Assembly (NCBI GenBank): GCA_964405715.1
Contig: CAYOOW010000002.1
Coordinates: forward strand, 23,597-87,596
Source: an uncultured Bacteroides sp.
GTDB taxonomy: Bacteria > Bacillota > Clostridia > Lachnospirales > Lachnospiraceae
Reading direction: 5' to 3'
Length of the DNA: 64,000 nt
Made by a program: the position numbers and the translations under genes. The notes under the pieces were generated by a model. The model saw nothing but the letters and a program-made list of their open reading frames with translations, had not been told where the DNA came from and made no database searches. Below are positions 15,507 to 26,239 of the stretch, in pieces. Position 1 is the stretch's first letter; each line of letters begins with the position of its first letter.

Positions 15507-16556
15507 ATGTTTGGCTATGTTGCGGTCAACCAACCGGAATTAAAGGTGAAGGACTATAACAGATACAGGGAGTATTATTGCGGTGTATGTCATGCCCTGC
15601 GGGGGGCTTATGGTATATCGGGACAGATTTCTCTGACCTACGATGCAGCGTTTGCTGCAATATTACTTTCTGCGCTGTATGAGCCAAGGACAGAACGAAA
15701 CGCCTGCCGGTGTATTGTACATCCTGTGGGGAAGAAAAACTATCTGTGCAACAGCGCCATAGAATATGCGGCAGATATGAATCTGGTGCTTGGGTATTAC
15801 AAGTGTCTGGATGACTGGAAGGATGACAAAAATCTTATAAAGCTGTCCTACAGCGGTATGATACGCAGCAGGGTGAAGCTCATTAAACAGAAACGCGGAA
15901 GGAAGGTTGCGCAAATCCGCGATAAGATAAAGGAATTAGCAGCATGGGAAGCAGAGCTGCAGGGACGGACGGGCGATGCAAAAGACAGGGCGTGTGATAA
16001 TCAGGAGGGCGAAACCGGTGTGGAGAATATAGATGTTCCGGCCGGAATATTCGGTGATATTATGCGTGTTATTTTTTCGGTTAAGCCGCAGGAACTGTGC
16101 TGCAGCGATGCTGACGGAAACGGAAAGGATGATGCGGATGGGTGCCCGTCGTATTGCGGGGACTGGTCGCAGGAGCTTGGAGATTTCGGCTACCAGCTTG
16201 GAAAATTTATTTATATCATGGACGCATATGATGATGTCGGGGAGGATATCAAAAGAGGACGTTTCAATCCGTTTGCGGAAAAATACCGGAGTATGGAGAA
16301 AGAGACATTTCAGGCATGGGTTGGGCAGCTGCTGATGATGATAGCCTCAGATATGGCAAAGGTGTATGAAAAAATGCCTATCGTGGAGGAGGTTGGCATA
16401 CTCAGAAATATTATATATTCAGGTATATGGTGCCGTTTCTATCAGGATAGGGAAAATGCGGGAAAACATCATATGCAGACGGAGAAAAGGAATAAGACTG
16501 GCAAAGTGACAGGAAATATGTCCGGAAAGGATAGACAGTATGAGAGATCCATATGA
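15507..16556 (+). CDS. Uncharacterised protein, resembles the Clostridial DUF5685 family (from memory)
   Basis: N-terminus [32 protein letters not shown]. It is 5 nt after the previous gene and overlaps the next by 17 nt. Confidence 0.8.
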   Translation: MFGYVAVNQPELKVKDYNRYREYYCGVCHALRGAYGISGQISLTYDAAFAAILLSALYEPRTERNACRCIVHPVGKKNYLCNSAIEYAADMNLVLGYYKCLDDWKDDKNLIKLSYSGMIRSRVKLIKQKRGRKVAQIRDKIKELAAWEAELQGRTGDAKDRACDNQEGETGVENIDVPAGIFGDIMRVIFSVKPQELCCSDADGNGKDDADGCPSYCGDWSQELGDFGYQLGKFIYIMDAYDDVGEDIKRGRFNPFAEKYRSMEKETFQAWVGQLLMMIASDMAKVYEKMPIVEEVGILRNIIYSGIWCRFYQDRENAGKHHMQTEKRNKTGKVTGNMSGKDRQYERSI

Positions 16557-17214
16557 GGTTTTGGGCGTGAAAAGGGGCGCCAGCGAGGAAGAGGTAAAAA
16601 AAGCATATAGGACGCTCAGCAGAAAGTACCATCCGGATGCCAATATCAATAATCCGAATAAGGACAAGGCGGAGGAGAAGTTCAAGGAGGTTCAGGCTGC
16701 TTACAAGAGCATCATGGACGGCAATACGGGCGGTTCCGGCAGTGGATACGGAAGCGGAAACGGACATAGCGGATATGGCGGCTTCGGTGGTTTTGGCGGC
16801 TTCGGTGCCGGTCAGGACGCATGGAGACGCGCCAGAAATGAGGGCGGAGGAACCAGTCAGGATGAATCAAGGCTCGCCGCGGCGCAGAATTTTATTATGA
16901 ACCGTATGTTTGCGGAGGCATTGCGTACGCTGAGTGATATTGAGGACAGAAACGGCAGATGGTATTACCTGAGCGCGGTTGCAAATCTCGGTGCCGGAAA
17001 TCAGGCAACGGCGATGGAGCATATAGACCGGGCAATTGCCATGGAACCGGGAAATGCCGAGTATAGGCAGATGAAGGAGCGCATGCAGGGTGGAAACGAC
17101 TGGTATGTACAGCGCGGAACCGGGTACGGCATGCCAAGCTATAACAGCGGGAATTTCTGTTGCGATTATCTTCTTTGCAGTATGTGCACACCATGGGGCG
17201 GATTGTGCTGTTAA
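16540..17214 (+). CDS. J-domain protein with Gly-rich linker, TPR-like segment and Cys-rich C-terminus
   Basis: J-domain [33 protein letters not shown]; G/S/Y-rich linker; TPR-like [51 protein letters not shown]; tail [21 protein letters not shown]. Confidence 0.9.
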   Translation: MRDPYEVLGVKRGASEEEVKKAYRTLSRKYHPDANINNPNKDKAEEKFKEVQAAYKSIMDGNTGGSGSGYGSGNGHSGYGGFGGFGGFGAGQDAWRRARNEGGGTSQDESRLAAAQNFIMNRMFAEALRTLSDIEDRNGRWYYLSAVANLGAGNQATAMEHIDRAIAMEPGNAEYRQMKERMQGGNDWYVQRGTGYGMPSYNSGNFCCDYLLCSMCTPWGGLCC

Positions 17215-18209
17215 AATAACGAGAGAAATTTGCTTAGGACGGCAGGCTTGCTTTTTGTGCCGGGATATACGAAGCCGACCGTTCTTTTTGGTATTTCCTG
17301 ATTTAACTGCAGCTCGACGACCTGACCGGATGAAATATAGTCCGTGGCAAATTCCCGCACGACACTGGCAATGCCCATTCCGATTGCGGCAAAATCAAGC
17401 AGCAAATCAAGATTATTTATTTCAAGAATTTGATTTGGGTGTATGTTCTCCTTTTCCAGATAAGTATCAATATGCGTTCTGGTGATATTGTTTTTTTCAA
17501 GCATCATAAGATTTGACTTTTCCAAGATATCCTTTATGGATAAATTATCTTCACGCTTACTTTTATTTCCGGCATCCTCGTCGGGTAAAAATGATGTCAG
17601 ATTGCCCGCAAACAGCCATGGGTTTTCCGGCTGGGCGGTCTGTTCCTCATGCTCGCGCAGATGCAGGTTATCAAGATAAGCCTCTGTTGCGACGAAGGTG
17701 TCATGAATTTCGGTGAGCTCCTGATAGACGAAGCCTTTCGGAATGGTTGTCTCACATATCAGTCCGATATCAATTTTTCCGTCCTGTAAAAGCTTCATTG
17801 TGTTCACGGTGGAGTGGCAGTCAATGATTACCTTGATATGAGGATTTGCAACAATAAAGCTTTGCAGATAATCGAGCAGGATATGTTTGCACAGGGAGGT
17901 ACTGACGCCGATGCGGAGCTGTCCGATTCCCAGCTCATTCATCCTTTTAATCTCATCCTCGCCCTGCGTGATGCTTTCAAATGCATCTTTGATGTGCTCG
18001 TATAATATGCCGCCCTCGTCGGTCAGCTTTACGCCCTTTGAAGTCCGCTCGAACAGCTTTACATGAAGCCCTTCCTCAAGTCTTGATATGGATTTGCTGA
18101 TGGCAGGCTGGCTGATAAACAGGATGTCAGCAGCCTTGCTGATATTGCCTGTGCGTGCAACCGTGTAAAATACTTTATAGTTATTCAGATTATCGTACAT
18201 ATTTGTCAC
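17211..18209 (-). CDS. LysR-family transcriptional regulator
   Basis: N-terminal HTH ([35 protein letters not shown]) plus a substrate-binding domain. It is divergent from leuC. Confidence 0.93.
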   Translation of the reverse strand: MTNMYDNLNNYKVFYTVARTGNISKAADILFISQPAISKSISRLEEGLHVKLFERTSKGVKLTDEGGILYEHIKDAFESITQGEDEIKRMNELGIGQLRIGVSTSLCKHILLDYLQSFIVANPHIKVIIDCHSTVNTMKLLQDGKIDIGLICETTIPKGFVYQELTEIHDTFVATEAYLDNLHLREHEEQTAQPENPWLFAGNLTSFLPDEDAGNKSKREDNLSIKDILEKSNLMMLEKNNITRTHIDTYLEKENIHPNQILEINNLDLLLDFAAIGMGIASVVREFATDYISSGQVVELQLNQEIPKRTVGFVYPGTKSKPAVLSKFLSLF

Positions 18210-18282
18210 CTCTGTTGGATTTATACTGCAATTTCACATGCATCAGTTGATTTTTTATTTCCGTTTACTTAACATGATTCTC

Positions 18283-18322
18283 AGCGTTATAATATCATAA
18301 GAGCGTTATAACTTCAAGTTAT
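18283..18322. promoter_or_regulatory. Candidate LysR-type operator: direct repeat AGCGTTATAA x2 (18283, 18302) and dyad ATAAC-N5-GTTAT (18308-18322)
   Basis: Read directly in the LysR/leuC divergent region. The T-N11-A-like dyad is typical of LysR boxes. Confidence 0.35.
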
Positions 18323-18344
18323 GGAGAATATTAAAAATATATAT

Positions 18345-18378
18345 TTTTATTATGGTTTACCTTATGATACAATGTATC
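18345..18378 (+). promoter_or_regulatory. Possible leuC promoter (weak -35 TTTTAT, extended -10 TGaTACAAT 18365-18373) overlapped by the perfect palindrome GATACA-A-TGTATC (18366-18378)
   Basis: Read directly. The -35 is poor. Confidence 0.3.
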
Positions 18379-18413
18379 AAATATTATTTTAGACAAAGAT
18401 GGAGGTAACGGAT

Positions 18414-19679
18414 ATGGGAATGACAATGACACAGAAGATTCTTGCGAAGCATGCAGGACTTCCGTCTGTTTCGGCAGGACAGTTGATTGAGGCAGAACTT
18501 GATCTTGTTCTCGGAAACGATGTGACAACTCCGGTAGCAATTCACGAGATGGAAAAATTTAATAAAAAGGAAGTTTTTGATAAGGAGAAGATAGCCCTTG
18601 TCATGGATCATTTCACTCCGAATAAGGATATTAAGAGTGCGGAGCACTGTAAATGCGTAAGACAATTTTCCGGTGAGAATGAGATTAAGAATTTTTTTGA
18701 TGTGGGAGAGATGGGAATTGAGCATGCGCTGCTTCCCGAAAAAGGTCTGATTGTTGCCGGTGAAACCTGTATCGGTGCGGATTCTCATACCTGTACATAT
18801 GGTGCCCTCGGTGCATTTTCTACCGGTGTGGGAAGCACGGATATGGCAGCCGGAATGGTGACAGGTAAGGCATGGTTCAAGGTTCCGTCAGCAATTAAGT
18901 TCAATATTGTGGGTGAGAAAGCACCATGGGTAAGCGGCAAGGATGTGATTTTGCATATCATTGGTATGATTGGTGTGGACGGCGCACTGTACAAGTCCAT
19001 GGAGTTTGCGGGTGACGGTATTAAGAATCTCACCATGGATGACAGATTTACAATTGCGAATATGGCGATAGAGGCAGGGGCGAAAAACGGCATATTCCCT
19101 GTGGATGAGCTTACAGAGGAGTATATGAAGGAGCATTCGGTCAAGCCTTATACAAAGTATGAGGCAGACGAGGATGCAGAGTATGATGAGGAGTACACGA
19201 TTGACCTTTCAACATTGAAACCGACGGTTGCATTTCCGCATCTTCCTGAGAATACAAAGACAATCGATGAGGTTGGAGATATTAAGATAGATCAGGTAGT
19301 AATCGGTTCGTGTACCAATGGACGTATATCGGATATGCGTATTGCGGCTGAAATCATGAAGGGAAGACATGCGGCAAAGGGAATTCGTGTTATCGTGATT
19401 CCCGGCACACAGGATGTTTACTTAAAGATGCTTGATGAGGGACTTACAAAGATATTTATAGAAGCGGGTGCAATTGTGTCAACACCGACATGCGGACCTT
19501 GCCTCGGAGGACATATGGGTGTCATGGCAGCCGGTGAGAGAACAGTTTCTACAACAAATCGTAATTTTGTGGGACGTATGGGACATGTTGATTCTGAGGT
19601 TTATCTGGCAAGTCCTGCAGTTGCAGCGGCATCAGCAATTACGGGCAAAATCAGCTGCCCTTGTGAGCTTGGGTTATAG
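18414..19679 (+). CDS. leuC: 3-isopropylmalate dehydratase large subunit
   Basis: Aconitase-family motifs ([23 protein letters not shown]). RBS GGAGG before the ATG at 18414. Confidence 0.95.
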   Translation: MGMTMTQKILAKHAGLPSVSAGQLIEAELDLVLGNDVTTPVAIHEMEKFNKKEVFDKEKIALVMDHFTPNKDIKSAEHCKCVRQFSGENEIKNFFDVGEMGIEHALLPEKGLIVAGETCIGADSHTCTYGALGAFSTGVGSTDMAAGMVTGKAWFKVPSAIKFNIVGEKAPWVSGKDVILHIIGMIGVDGALYKSMEFAGDGIKNLTMDDRFTIANMAIEAGAKNGIFPVDELTEEYMKEHSVKPYTKYEADEDAEYDEEYTIDLSTLKPTVAFPHLPENTKTIDEVGDIKIDQVVIGSCTNGRISDMRIAAEIMKGRHAAKGIRVIVIPGTQDVYLKMLDEGLTKIFIEAGAIVSTPTCGPCLGGHMGVMAAGERTVSTTNRNFVGRMGHVDSEVYLASPAVAAASAITGKISCPCELGL

Positions 19680-19690
19680 GAGGTGCGGAA

Positions 19691-20182
19691 ATGAAAGCAT
19701 ACGGAACAGTACATAAATATGGAGACAATGTGGATACGGATGTCATAATACCTGCAAGATACCTCAACTCATCGGATCCGGCAGAGCTGGCGAAGAGTTG
19801 TATGGAGGATATCGATAAGGACTTTGTGAACAGAGTGAAGCCGGGGGATATCATGGTGGCAAACAAGAATTTTGGCTGTGGTTCATCCAGAGAGCATGCA
19901 CCGATAGCAATCAAGGCGTCAGGTATCAGCTGCGTTATCGCAGAGACGTTTGCGAGAATCTTCTACAGAAATGCAATCAATATAGGACTCCCAATCATTG
20001 AGTGCCCGGAGGCGGCAAAGGGGATTGAGGCAGGTGATATGGTTGAGGTGGACTTTGACAGCGGTATGATTTATAACAAGACCAAAGGCACGGAGTTTAA
20101 AGGTCAGTCTTTCCCTCCTTTTATGCAGGAGATTATCAGGAGTGAAGGCTTGATTAATTATATCAACAGCAAACATGCATAG
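19691..20182 (+). CDS. leuD: 3-isopropylmalate dehydratase small subunit
   Basis: 163-aa type-2 LeuD pattern ([27 protein letters not shown]). Confidence 0.95.
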   Translation: MKAYGTVHKYGDNVDTDVIIPARYLNSSDPAELAKSCMEDIDKDFVNRVKPGDIMVANKNFGCGSSREHAPIAIKASGISCVIAETFARIFYRNAINIGLPIIECPEAAKGIEAGDMVEVDFDSGMIYNKTKGTEFKGQSFPPFMQEIIRSEGLINYINSKHA

Positions 20183-20227
20183 CATTAATTTTTATATGTT
20201 GTAAGGTACAACAGAATGGAGGAAGTC

Positions 20228-21310
20228 ATGGATTGTAATATAGCGGTCATCAAGGGCGACGGAATCGGTCCTGAGGTTGTAGCCCAGGCTATGAAGGTCC
20301 TCGATGCAGTCGGGAAAAAATATGGACACACATTTTGCTATGAACAGCTTTTGATGGGAGGCTGCTCAATTGATGTACATGGTGTTCCGCTTACGGATGA
20401 GGCAGTTGCGAGAGCAAAAGCAAGTGATGCGGTATTGCTGGGCTCCATTGGCGGAAATACAAGTACATCACCGTGGTATAAGCTGCCGCCGGAAAAAAGA
20501 CCGGAGGCCGGATTGTTAAAGATTCGTAAGGAACTGGGACTTTTTGCAAATCTGAGACCGGCACTTTTATATGAGCAGTTAAAGGGGGCCTGTCCGCTCA
20601 AGGAGGAGATTGCAGACCGCGGCTTTGATATGATGATTATGCGTGAGCTTACCGGCGGACTTTATTTCGGCGCCAGAAGGACCGAGGAGGTGGACGGCGT
20701 TATGACAGCGGTGGACACCCTTACATATAACGAAAATGAAATCAGAAGAATTGCTGTCAAGGGCTTTGATATTGCCATGAAGCGGCGAAAAAAGGTGACC
20801 AGTGTAGATAAGGCAAATGTGCTTGACTCGTCGAGGTTGTGGAGAAAGATTGTGGAGGAGGTCGCAAAGGATTATCCGGAGGTGACCTGTGAGCATATGC
20901 TGGTTGATAACTGCGCAATGCAGCTTGTCAAGGATCCGGCACAGTTTGATGTGGTTCTGACAGAGAATATGTTCGGCGATATTCTGTCCGACGAGGCTTC
21001 CATGATAACCGGTTCCATCGGAATGCTTGCATCCGCATCCTTAAATGAAACAAAGTTCGGCATGTATGAGCCAAGCGGCGGATCTGCACCGGATATTGCA
21101 GGGCAGAACAAGGCAAACCCGATAGCAACAATTTTGTCGGCTGCGATGATGCTGCGTTATACCTTTGACCTTGATAAGGAGGCGGACGCGATAGAGGCGG
21201 CTGTCAAGCAGGTGCTTGTGGAGAATTACAGAACCTGCGATATCGTATCGGAGGGAACACAGCTTGTGAGCTGCTCCGAGATGGGAGCGCTTATCGCGGC
21301 GAGAGTTTAG
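20228..21310 (+). CDS. leuB: 3-isopropylmalate dehydrogenase
   Basis: [61 protein letters not shown] before the ATG at 20228 (20216 is an alternative). Confidence 0.95.
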   Translation: MDCNIAVIKGDGIGPEVVAQAMKVLDAVGKKYGHTFCYEQLLMGGCSIDVHGVPLTDEAVARAKASDAVLLGSIGGNTSTSPWYKLPPEKRPEAGLLKIRKELGLFANLRPALLYEQLKGACPLKEEIADRGFDMMIMRELTGGLYFGARRTEEVDGVMTAVDTLTYNENEIRRIAVKGFDIAMKRRKKVTSVDKANVLDSSRLWRKIVEEVAKDYPEVTCEHMLVDNCAMQLVKDPAQFDVVLTENMFGDILSDEASMITGSIGMLASASLNETKFGMYEPSGGSAPDIAGQNKANPIATILSAAMMLRYTFDLDKEADAIEAAVKQVLVENYRTCDIVSEGTQLVSCSEMGALIAARV

Positions 21311-21324
21311 TGCGGGTGATTGAT

Positions 21325-21540
21325 ATGGCATTTATAGGCTTATTGGGCGTGATGATTGTGCTGTGGATTGCCGTGCTTGGCATATGTGCAACGGCAATTA
21401 TCATTGGAACAATCTTAAAAAAGAAAACAAATCATCAGGTATTGGGAACAACCCTGAGAATTATTGGTTTTGTTTTATTGATACCGGTACTTGTATTATC
21501 AGTTATACTATTGCTTATTTTAACAGGAATAATAAATTAA
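21325..21540 (+). CDS. Small two-helix membrane protein (71 aa), unknown function
   Basis: Two strongly hydrophobic segments separated by KKKTNHQ. RBS GGGTGA. It is wedged between leuB and ilvD. Confidence 0.55.
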   Translation: MAFIGLLGVMIVLWIAVLGICATAIIIGTILKKKTNHQVLGTTLRIIGFVLLIPVLVLSVILLLILTGIIN

Positions 21541-21563
21541 CTTCATAAAAAGGAGACGATAAC

Positions 21564-23225
21564 ATGAAGAGTGATAACGTAAAAGTCGGCATGCAGCAGG
21601 CACCGCACCGAAGCCTGTTCAATGCCCTTGGAATGACAGATGAAGAAATGAAGAAGCCTATGGTAGGTATTGTTTGTTCTTACAATGAGATTGTACCCGG
21701 TCATATGAATCTGGATAAGATTGCGCAGGCTGTTAAGCTTGGCGTAGCGGAGGCCGGCGGTGTTCCTGTTATGTTCCCGGCAATCGCCGTATGTGACGGT
21801 ATTGCAATGGGGCATATCGGGATGAAGTATTCGCTTGTTACAAGAGATCTGATTGCAGACTCCACCGAGTGTATGGCAGTTGCACATCAGTTTGACGCGC
21901 TTGTCATGATTCCGAACTGTGATAAGAATGTACCGGGTTTACTTATGGCAGCAGCCAGAGTCAATGTGCCGACTGTATTTGTATCGGGCGGTCCGATGCT
22001 TGCGGGACATGTGAAGGGACATAAGACCAGCCTTTCATCTATGTTTGAGGCTGTGGGTTCTTATTCGGCAGGAACGATGAGTGAGGATGATGTATATGAG
22101 TTTGAGTGCAAGGCATGTCCTACATGCGGTTCCTGCTCGGGTATGTATACCGCAAACTCTATGAATTGTTTGACAGAGGCTCTTGGTATGGGACTTCCCG
22201 GAAACGGTACGATTCCGGCTGTATATTCCGAGCGGTTAAAGCTGGCAAAGCATGCGGGAATGGCCGTTATGGAAATGTACAGAAAGAATATTCGCCCGAG
22301 AGACATTATTACAAAGGAATCCATATTAAATGCACTGACTGTGGATATGGCACTCGGATGTTCAACAAATTCCATGCTGCATATTCCGGCTATCGCCCAT
22401 GAGATCGGATTTGATTTCGACATATCACTGGCAAATGAAATCAGTGCAAAGACTCCGAATCTGTGTCACCTCGCACCGGCGGGTCCGACTTATATGGAAG
22501 ATTTAAATGAGGCGGGCGGCGTATATGCGGTAATGAATCAGTTAAAGTCAGCAGGACTTTTAAATGAGGCTTGTATGACTGTCACGGGAAAAACAATCGG
22601 CGAGGCTGTTGACGGTGTGGCAAATAAGAATCCTGAGGTAATCAGACCGCTTGATAATCCATACAGCAGGACAGGGGGACTGGCAGTGCTGAAAGGAAAT
22701 ATTGCGCCGGATGGTTCCGTTGTAAAACGTTCTGCCGTTGTTCCGGAAATGATGCAGCATGAAGGTCCTGCACGTGTGTTTGACTGTGAGGAGGATGCTA
22801 TTGCAGCTATAAAGGGAGGAAAGATTGTTGCCGGAGACGTTGTTGTTATCCGTTATGAGGGACCAAAGGGAGGCCCGGGCATGAGAGAGATGCTGAATCC
22901 TACCTCTGCCATTGCCGGTATGGGACTTGGCTCCTCAGTCGCATTAATTACGGACGGACGTTTTTCCGGTGCAAGCCGCGGCGCATCTATCGGGCATGTA
23001 TCTCCTGAGGCTGCTGTGGGCGGACCGATTGCGTTTATTGAAGAGGGAGACATAATCAGCATTGATATTGATGCATGCAGGCTGGAGCTCAAGGTTTCCG
23101 ATGAGGAGCTTGCCGGAAGAAAGGCGGCATGGATGCCTCGTGAGCCGAAGGTAACCACAGGATACCTTGCAAGATATGCAAAAATGGTGACATCCGGCAA
23201 TCGCGGTGCAATCCTTGAGCTGTAG
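21564..23225 (+). CDS. ilvD: Dihydroxy-acid dehydratase
   Basis: Motifs [24 protein letters not shown]. Confidence 0.96.
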   Translation: MKSDNVKVGMQQAPHRSLFNALGMTDEEMKKPMVGIVCSYNEIVPGHMNLDKIAQAVKLGVAEAGGVPVMFPAIAVCDGIAMGHIGMKYSLVTRDLIADSTECMAVAHQFDALVMIPNCDKNVPGLLMAAARVNVPTVFVSGGPMLAGHVKGHKTSLSSMFEAVGSYSAGTMSEDDVYEFECKACPTCGSCSGMYTANSMNCLTEALGMGLPGNGTIPAVYSERLKLAKHAGMAVMEMYRKNIRPRDIITKESILNALTVDMALGCSTNSMLHIPAIAHEIGFDFDISLANEISAKTPNLCHLAPAGPTYMEDLNEAGGVYAVMNQLKSAGLLNEACMTVTGKTIGEAVDGVANKNPEVIRPLDNPYSRTGGLAVLKGNIAPDGSVVKRSAVVPEMMQHEGPARVFDCEEDAIAAIKGGKIVAGDVVVIRYEGPKGGPGMREMLNPTSAIAGMGLGSSVALITDGRFSGASRGASIGHVSPEAAVGGPIAFIEEGDIISIDIDACRLELKVSDEELAGRKAAWMPREPKVTTGYLARYAKMVTSGNRGAILEL

Positions 23226-23368
23226 GGCGGCAGATGCCGCACATGTCGGATATATGGCGGAAAGTGTTGAATAATGTGCCATAATATGTTATTCTAAAGC
23301 TTATGAAATCAGAAAAAGATAAAATAACCGCAAAGTCAGGTAGAAGATTTTTATAAAGGAGAAAGAAT

Positions 23369-25054
23369 ATGAAACAATTAACAGGTTCAGAGATTATTAT
23401 CGAGTGCCTGAAAGAGCAGGGTGTAGATACAGTATTCGGATATCCGGGAGGAACAATACTGAATGTATACGATGCACTCTATAAGCATCAGGACGAGATA
23501 CATCATATATTGACCTCACATGAGCAGGGAGCAGCACATGCGGCTGACGGTTATGCCCGTGCCACGGGAAAGGTTGGCGTATGTATGGCAACCTCAGGTC
23601 CGGGAGCGACAAACCTTGTGACGGGCATTGCCACTGCATATATGGATTCCATACCGCTTGTTGCAATTACGGCCAACGTGGGCGTGTCACTGCTTGGTAA
23701 GGACAGCTTTCAGGAGATAGATATTGCAGGTGTTGTAATGCCGATCACAAAGCACAGCTTTATTGTTAAAAATGTACATGAGCTTGCAGATACAATCCGC
23801 AGAGCATTCAAGATAGCGCAGAGCGGAAGGCCCGGTCCTGTTCTTGTGGATGTAACAAAGGATGTAACAGCGAATGTGGCTGATTTTGAGCCGAAAGCGC
23901 CGGAACCGATTGAAAGAGTAACTTCTACAATTAAGGCGGATGACTTGGATCAGGCAATCCGCATGATTGAGAAGTCGGAGAGACCGTTTGTCATAGCGGG
24001 CGGCGGTGTGATAACTGCCGATGCATCAAAGGAGTTAAAGAAGTTTGTTGAGAAGATTGATGCCCCTGTCTGTGATACATTGATGGGAAAGGGCGCATTT
24101 GACGGTACATCCTCCAGATATACCGGAATGATAGGCATGCATGGAACAAAGGTATCCAATTTCGGTGTTAATAAGGCGGATCTGCTGATTGTAATCGGCG
24201 CCAGATTCTCAGACCGTGTGATAGGAAATGCATCAAAGTTTGCCAACAATGCGAAAATCATTCATATCGACGTGGACGCGGCTGAAATTAATAAGAATAT
24301 CATCGTAGACTGCAGTGTGATTGGAGATGCAAAGGAAGTCCTTAAAATGATTGCAACCAGAATCAAGGCAACCGGGCATCCTGCATGGATGGCTGAGATA
24401 GAGGAGCTCAGGAAAGAATATCCTGACCATGGTGATCTCGAGAATCTGACAGGTCCTGCAATCATAAACAAGATATATGAGCTTACCGACGGAAAGGCGA
24501 CAATTACAACAGATGTCGGACAGCATCAGATGTGGGCGGCACAGTATTACAGATATACATCTCCGAGACAGTTCCTTTCCTCAGGCGGACTCGGAACCAT
24601 GGGATTTGGCGTTGGAGCATGTATCGGTGCAAAGGTCGGTAAGCCTGAGAAGGTGACGGTAAACATTGCAGGAGACGGATGCTTCAGAATGAATATGAAT
24701 GAGATAGCAACTGCTGCCAGATATAATATTCCGATTATACAGGTTGTCATCAATAATCATGTGCTTGGCATGGTAAGACAGTGGCAGACGTTGTTCTATG
24801 ATCAGAGATATTCTAATACAATATTAAACGATAAGGTTGATTTTGTGAAAGTTGCAGATGCGCTTGGTGCAACCGGAATGAGAGCCACAACGCTTGCCGA
24901 ATTTGAGGAGGCGTTTAAAAAGGCGGTTGAACTCAATGCACCGGTAGTGATAGATTGCATCATAGGCGAGGATGACAAGGTATGGCCTATGGTTGCAGCG
25001 GGAGCAGCTCTTGAAACCTGTTTTGACCAGCAGGATTTAGATAATAAAAAGTAG
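23369..25054 (+). CDS. ilvB: Acetolactate synthase (AHAS) large/catalytic subunit
   Basis: ThDP-enzyme motifs (GYPGG, GPGATN, GGLGTMGFG, GDGCFRMN...NN). No small-subunit gene follows. Confidence 0.92.
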   Translation: MKQLTGSEIIIECLKEQGVDTVFGYPGGTILNVYDALYKHQDEIHHILTSHEQGAAHAADGYARATGKVGVCMATSGPGATNLVTGIATAYMDSIPLVAITANVGVSLLGKDSFQEIDIAGVVMPITKHSFIVKNVHELADTIRRAFKIAQSGRPGPVLVDVTKDVTANVADFEPKAPEPIERVTSTIKADDLDQAIRMIEKSERPFVIAGGGVITADASKELKKFVEKIDAPVCDTLMGKGAFDGTSSRYTGMIGMHGTKVSNFGVNKADLLIVIGARFSDRVIGNASKFANNAKIIHIDVDAAEINKNIIVDCSVIGDAKEVLKMIATRIKATGHPAWMAEIEELRKEYPDHGDLENLTGPAIINKIYELTDGKATITTDVGQHQMWAAQYYRYTSPRQFLSSGGLGTMGFGVGACIGAKVGKPEKVTVNIAGDGCFRMNMNEIATAARYNIPIIQVVINNHVLGMVRQWQTLFYDQRYSNTILNDKVDFVKVADALGATGMRATTLAEFEEAFKKAVELNAPVVIDCIIGEDDKVWPMVAAGAALETCFDQQDLDNKK

Positions 25055-25067
25055 GAGGAGTCAGATA

Positions 25068-26150
25068 ATGGCAAGAGTATTTAATTTTTCGGCGGGGCCT
25101 TCGGTTTTACCTGAGGTTGTATTGAAGCAGGCTGCGGAGGAGATGTTGGATTACAGGGACTCCGGCATGAGTGTAATGGAGATGAGCCATCGTTCCAAGG
25201 TCTATGATAACATTATTAAAGAAGCAGAACGTGATTTGAGAGATTTGATGGATATTCCCGATAATTATAAGGTACTGTTTCTGCAGGGCGGAGCTTCACA
25301 GCAGTTTGCTGCGATTCCGATGAACCTGATGAAGAACGGTGTGGCTGATTATATTATCACAGGCCAGTGGGCAAAGAAGGCATACGAGGAAGCGAAGAAG
25401 TATGGTACGGTAAATGCGATTGCATCTTCGGCTGATAAGACATTTTCTTACATACCGGATTGCTCGGACCTTCCTGTTTCCGAGGATGCGGACTATGTGT
25501 ATATCTGTCATAACAATACAATCTATGGAACAACCTATAAAGAGCTGCCGAATACAAAAGGAAAGCTTCTTGTTGCGGATATGTCATCTGACATTCTCTC
25601 ACAGCCGGTAAATGTATCGGATTATGGCCTTATTTACTTTGGTGTGCAGAAGAACGTAGGTCCTGCCGGCGTTGTAGTTGTAATTATCCGCGAGGATTTA
25701 ATCAGAGATGACGTTATGCCGTTTACACCTACCATGCTTAAATACAAGACGCAGGCTGATAATGATTCCCTTTACAACACACCGCCATGCTATGGTATTT
25801 ATATCTGCGGGCTGGTATTTAAATGGGTAAAGGAGATGGGCGGCCTTTCCGCGATGAAGATACATAACGAGAAGAAAGCCGCTATCCTCTATGATTTTCT
25901 GGATTCTTCAAAGCTGTTCCACGGAACCGTTGTGAAGAAGGACCGTTCCCTTATGAATGTTCCGTTTGTGACAGGCAATGAGGAGCTGGATGCCAAATTT
26001 GTAAAGGAGGCGACGGCAGCAGGCTTCGTCAACCTGAAGGGCCACAGGACCGTCGGCGGTATGCGCGCGTCCATCTATAATGCAATGCCGATTGAGGGTG
26101 TGGAGAAGCTTGTTCAGTTTATGAAGGGATTTGAGGCAGCTAATTCATAA
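25068..26150 (+). CDS. serC: Phosphoserine aminotransferase
   Basis: FNFSAGPSVLP, GVQKNVGPAGV (PLP lysine context), GGMRASIYNAMP. Confidence 0.95.
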   Translation: MARVFNFSAGPSVLPEVVLKQAAEEMLDYRDSGMSVMEMSHRSKVYDNIIKEAERDLRDLMDIPDNYKVLFLQGGASQQFAAIPMNLMKNGVADYIITGQWAKKAYEEAKKYGTVNAIASSADKTFSYIPDCSDLPVSEDADYVYICHNNTIYGTTYKELPNTKGKLLVADMSSDILSQPVNVSDYGLIYFGVQKNVGPAGVVVVIIREDLIRDDVMPFTPTMLKYKTQADNDSLYNTPPCYGIYICGLVFKWVKEMGGLSAMKIHNEKKAAILYDFLDSSKLFHGTVVKKDRSLMNVPFVTGNEELDAKFVKEATAAGFVNLKGHRTVGGMRASIYNAMPIEGVEKLVQFMKGFEAANS

Positions 26151-26239
26151 AGCCTGTCACAACCGAATTTGAATAAAACATATATATTAAATATGGGTTT
26201 TGTAATCATCTATGAAGTATATGATAGGGAGATATGGAA

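Noticed and set aside
18366-18381. AATGTATCAAAT upstream of leuC is identical to a 12-mer in the TCS operator region (3225-3236), hinting that the response regulator also controls leuC.
   Set aside because: Both regions are AT-rich, and the leuC copy coincides with its -10 element and a local palindrome. A single 12-mer match is insufficient, so I mention it only as a caveat in the leuC finding.
23226-23368. T-box, leader-peptide attenuator or riboswitch upstream of ilvB (also upstream of cysK at 33674-33784 and serA at 26151-26233).
   Set aside because: The leaders are only 80-140 nt. They lack the conserved T-box sequence, a terminator/antiterminator pair or a BCAA-rich leader peptide. The only small ORF (MKSEKDKITAKSGRRFL) has no RBS and no Leu/Ile/Val run.
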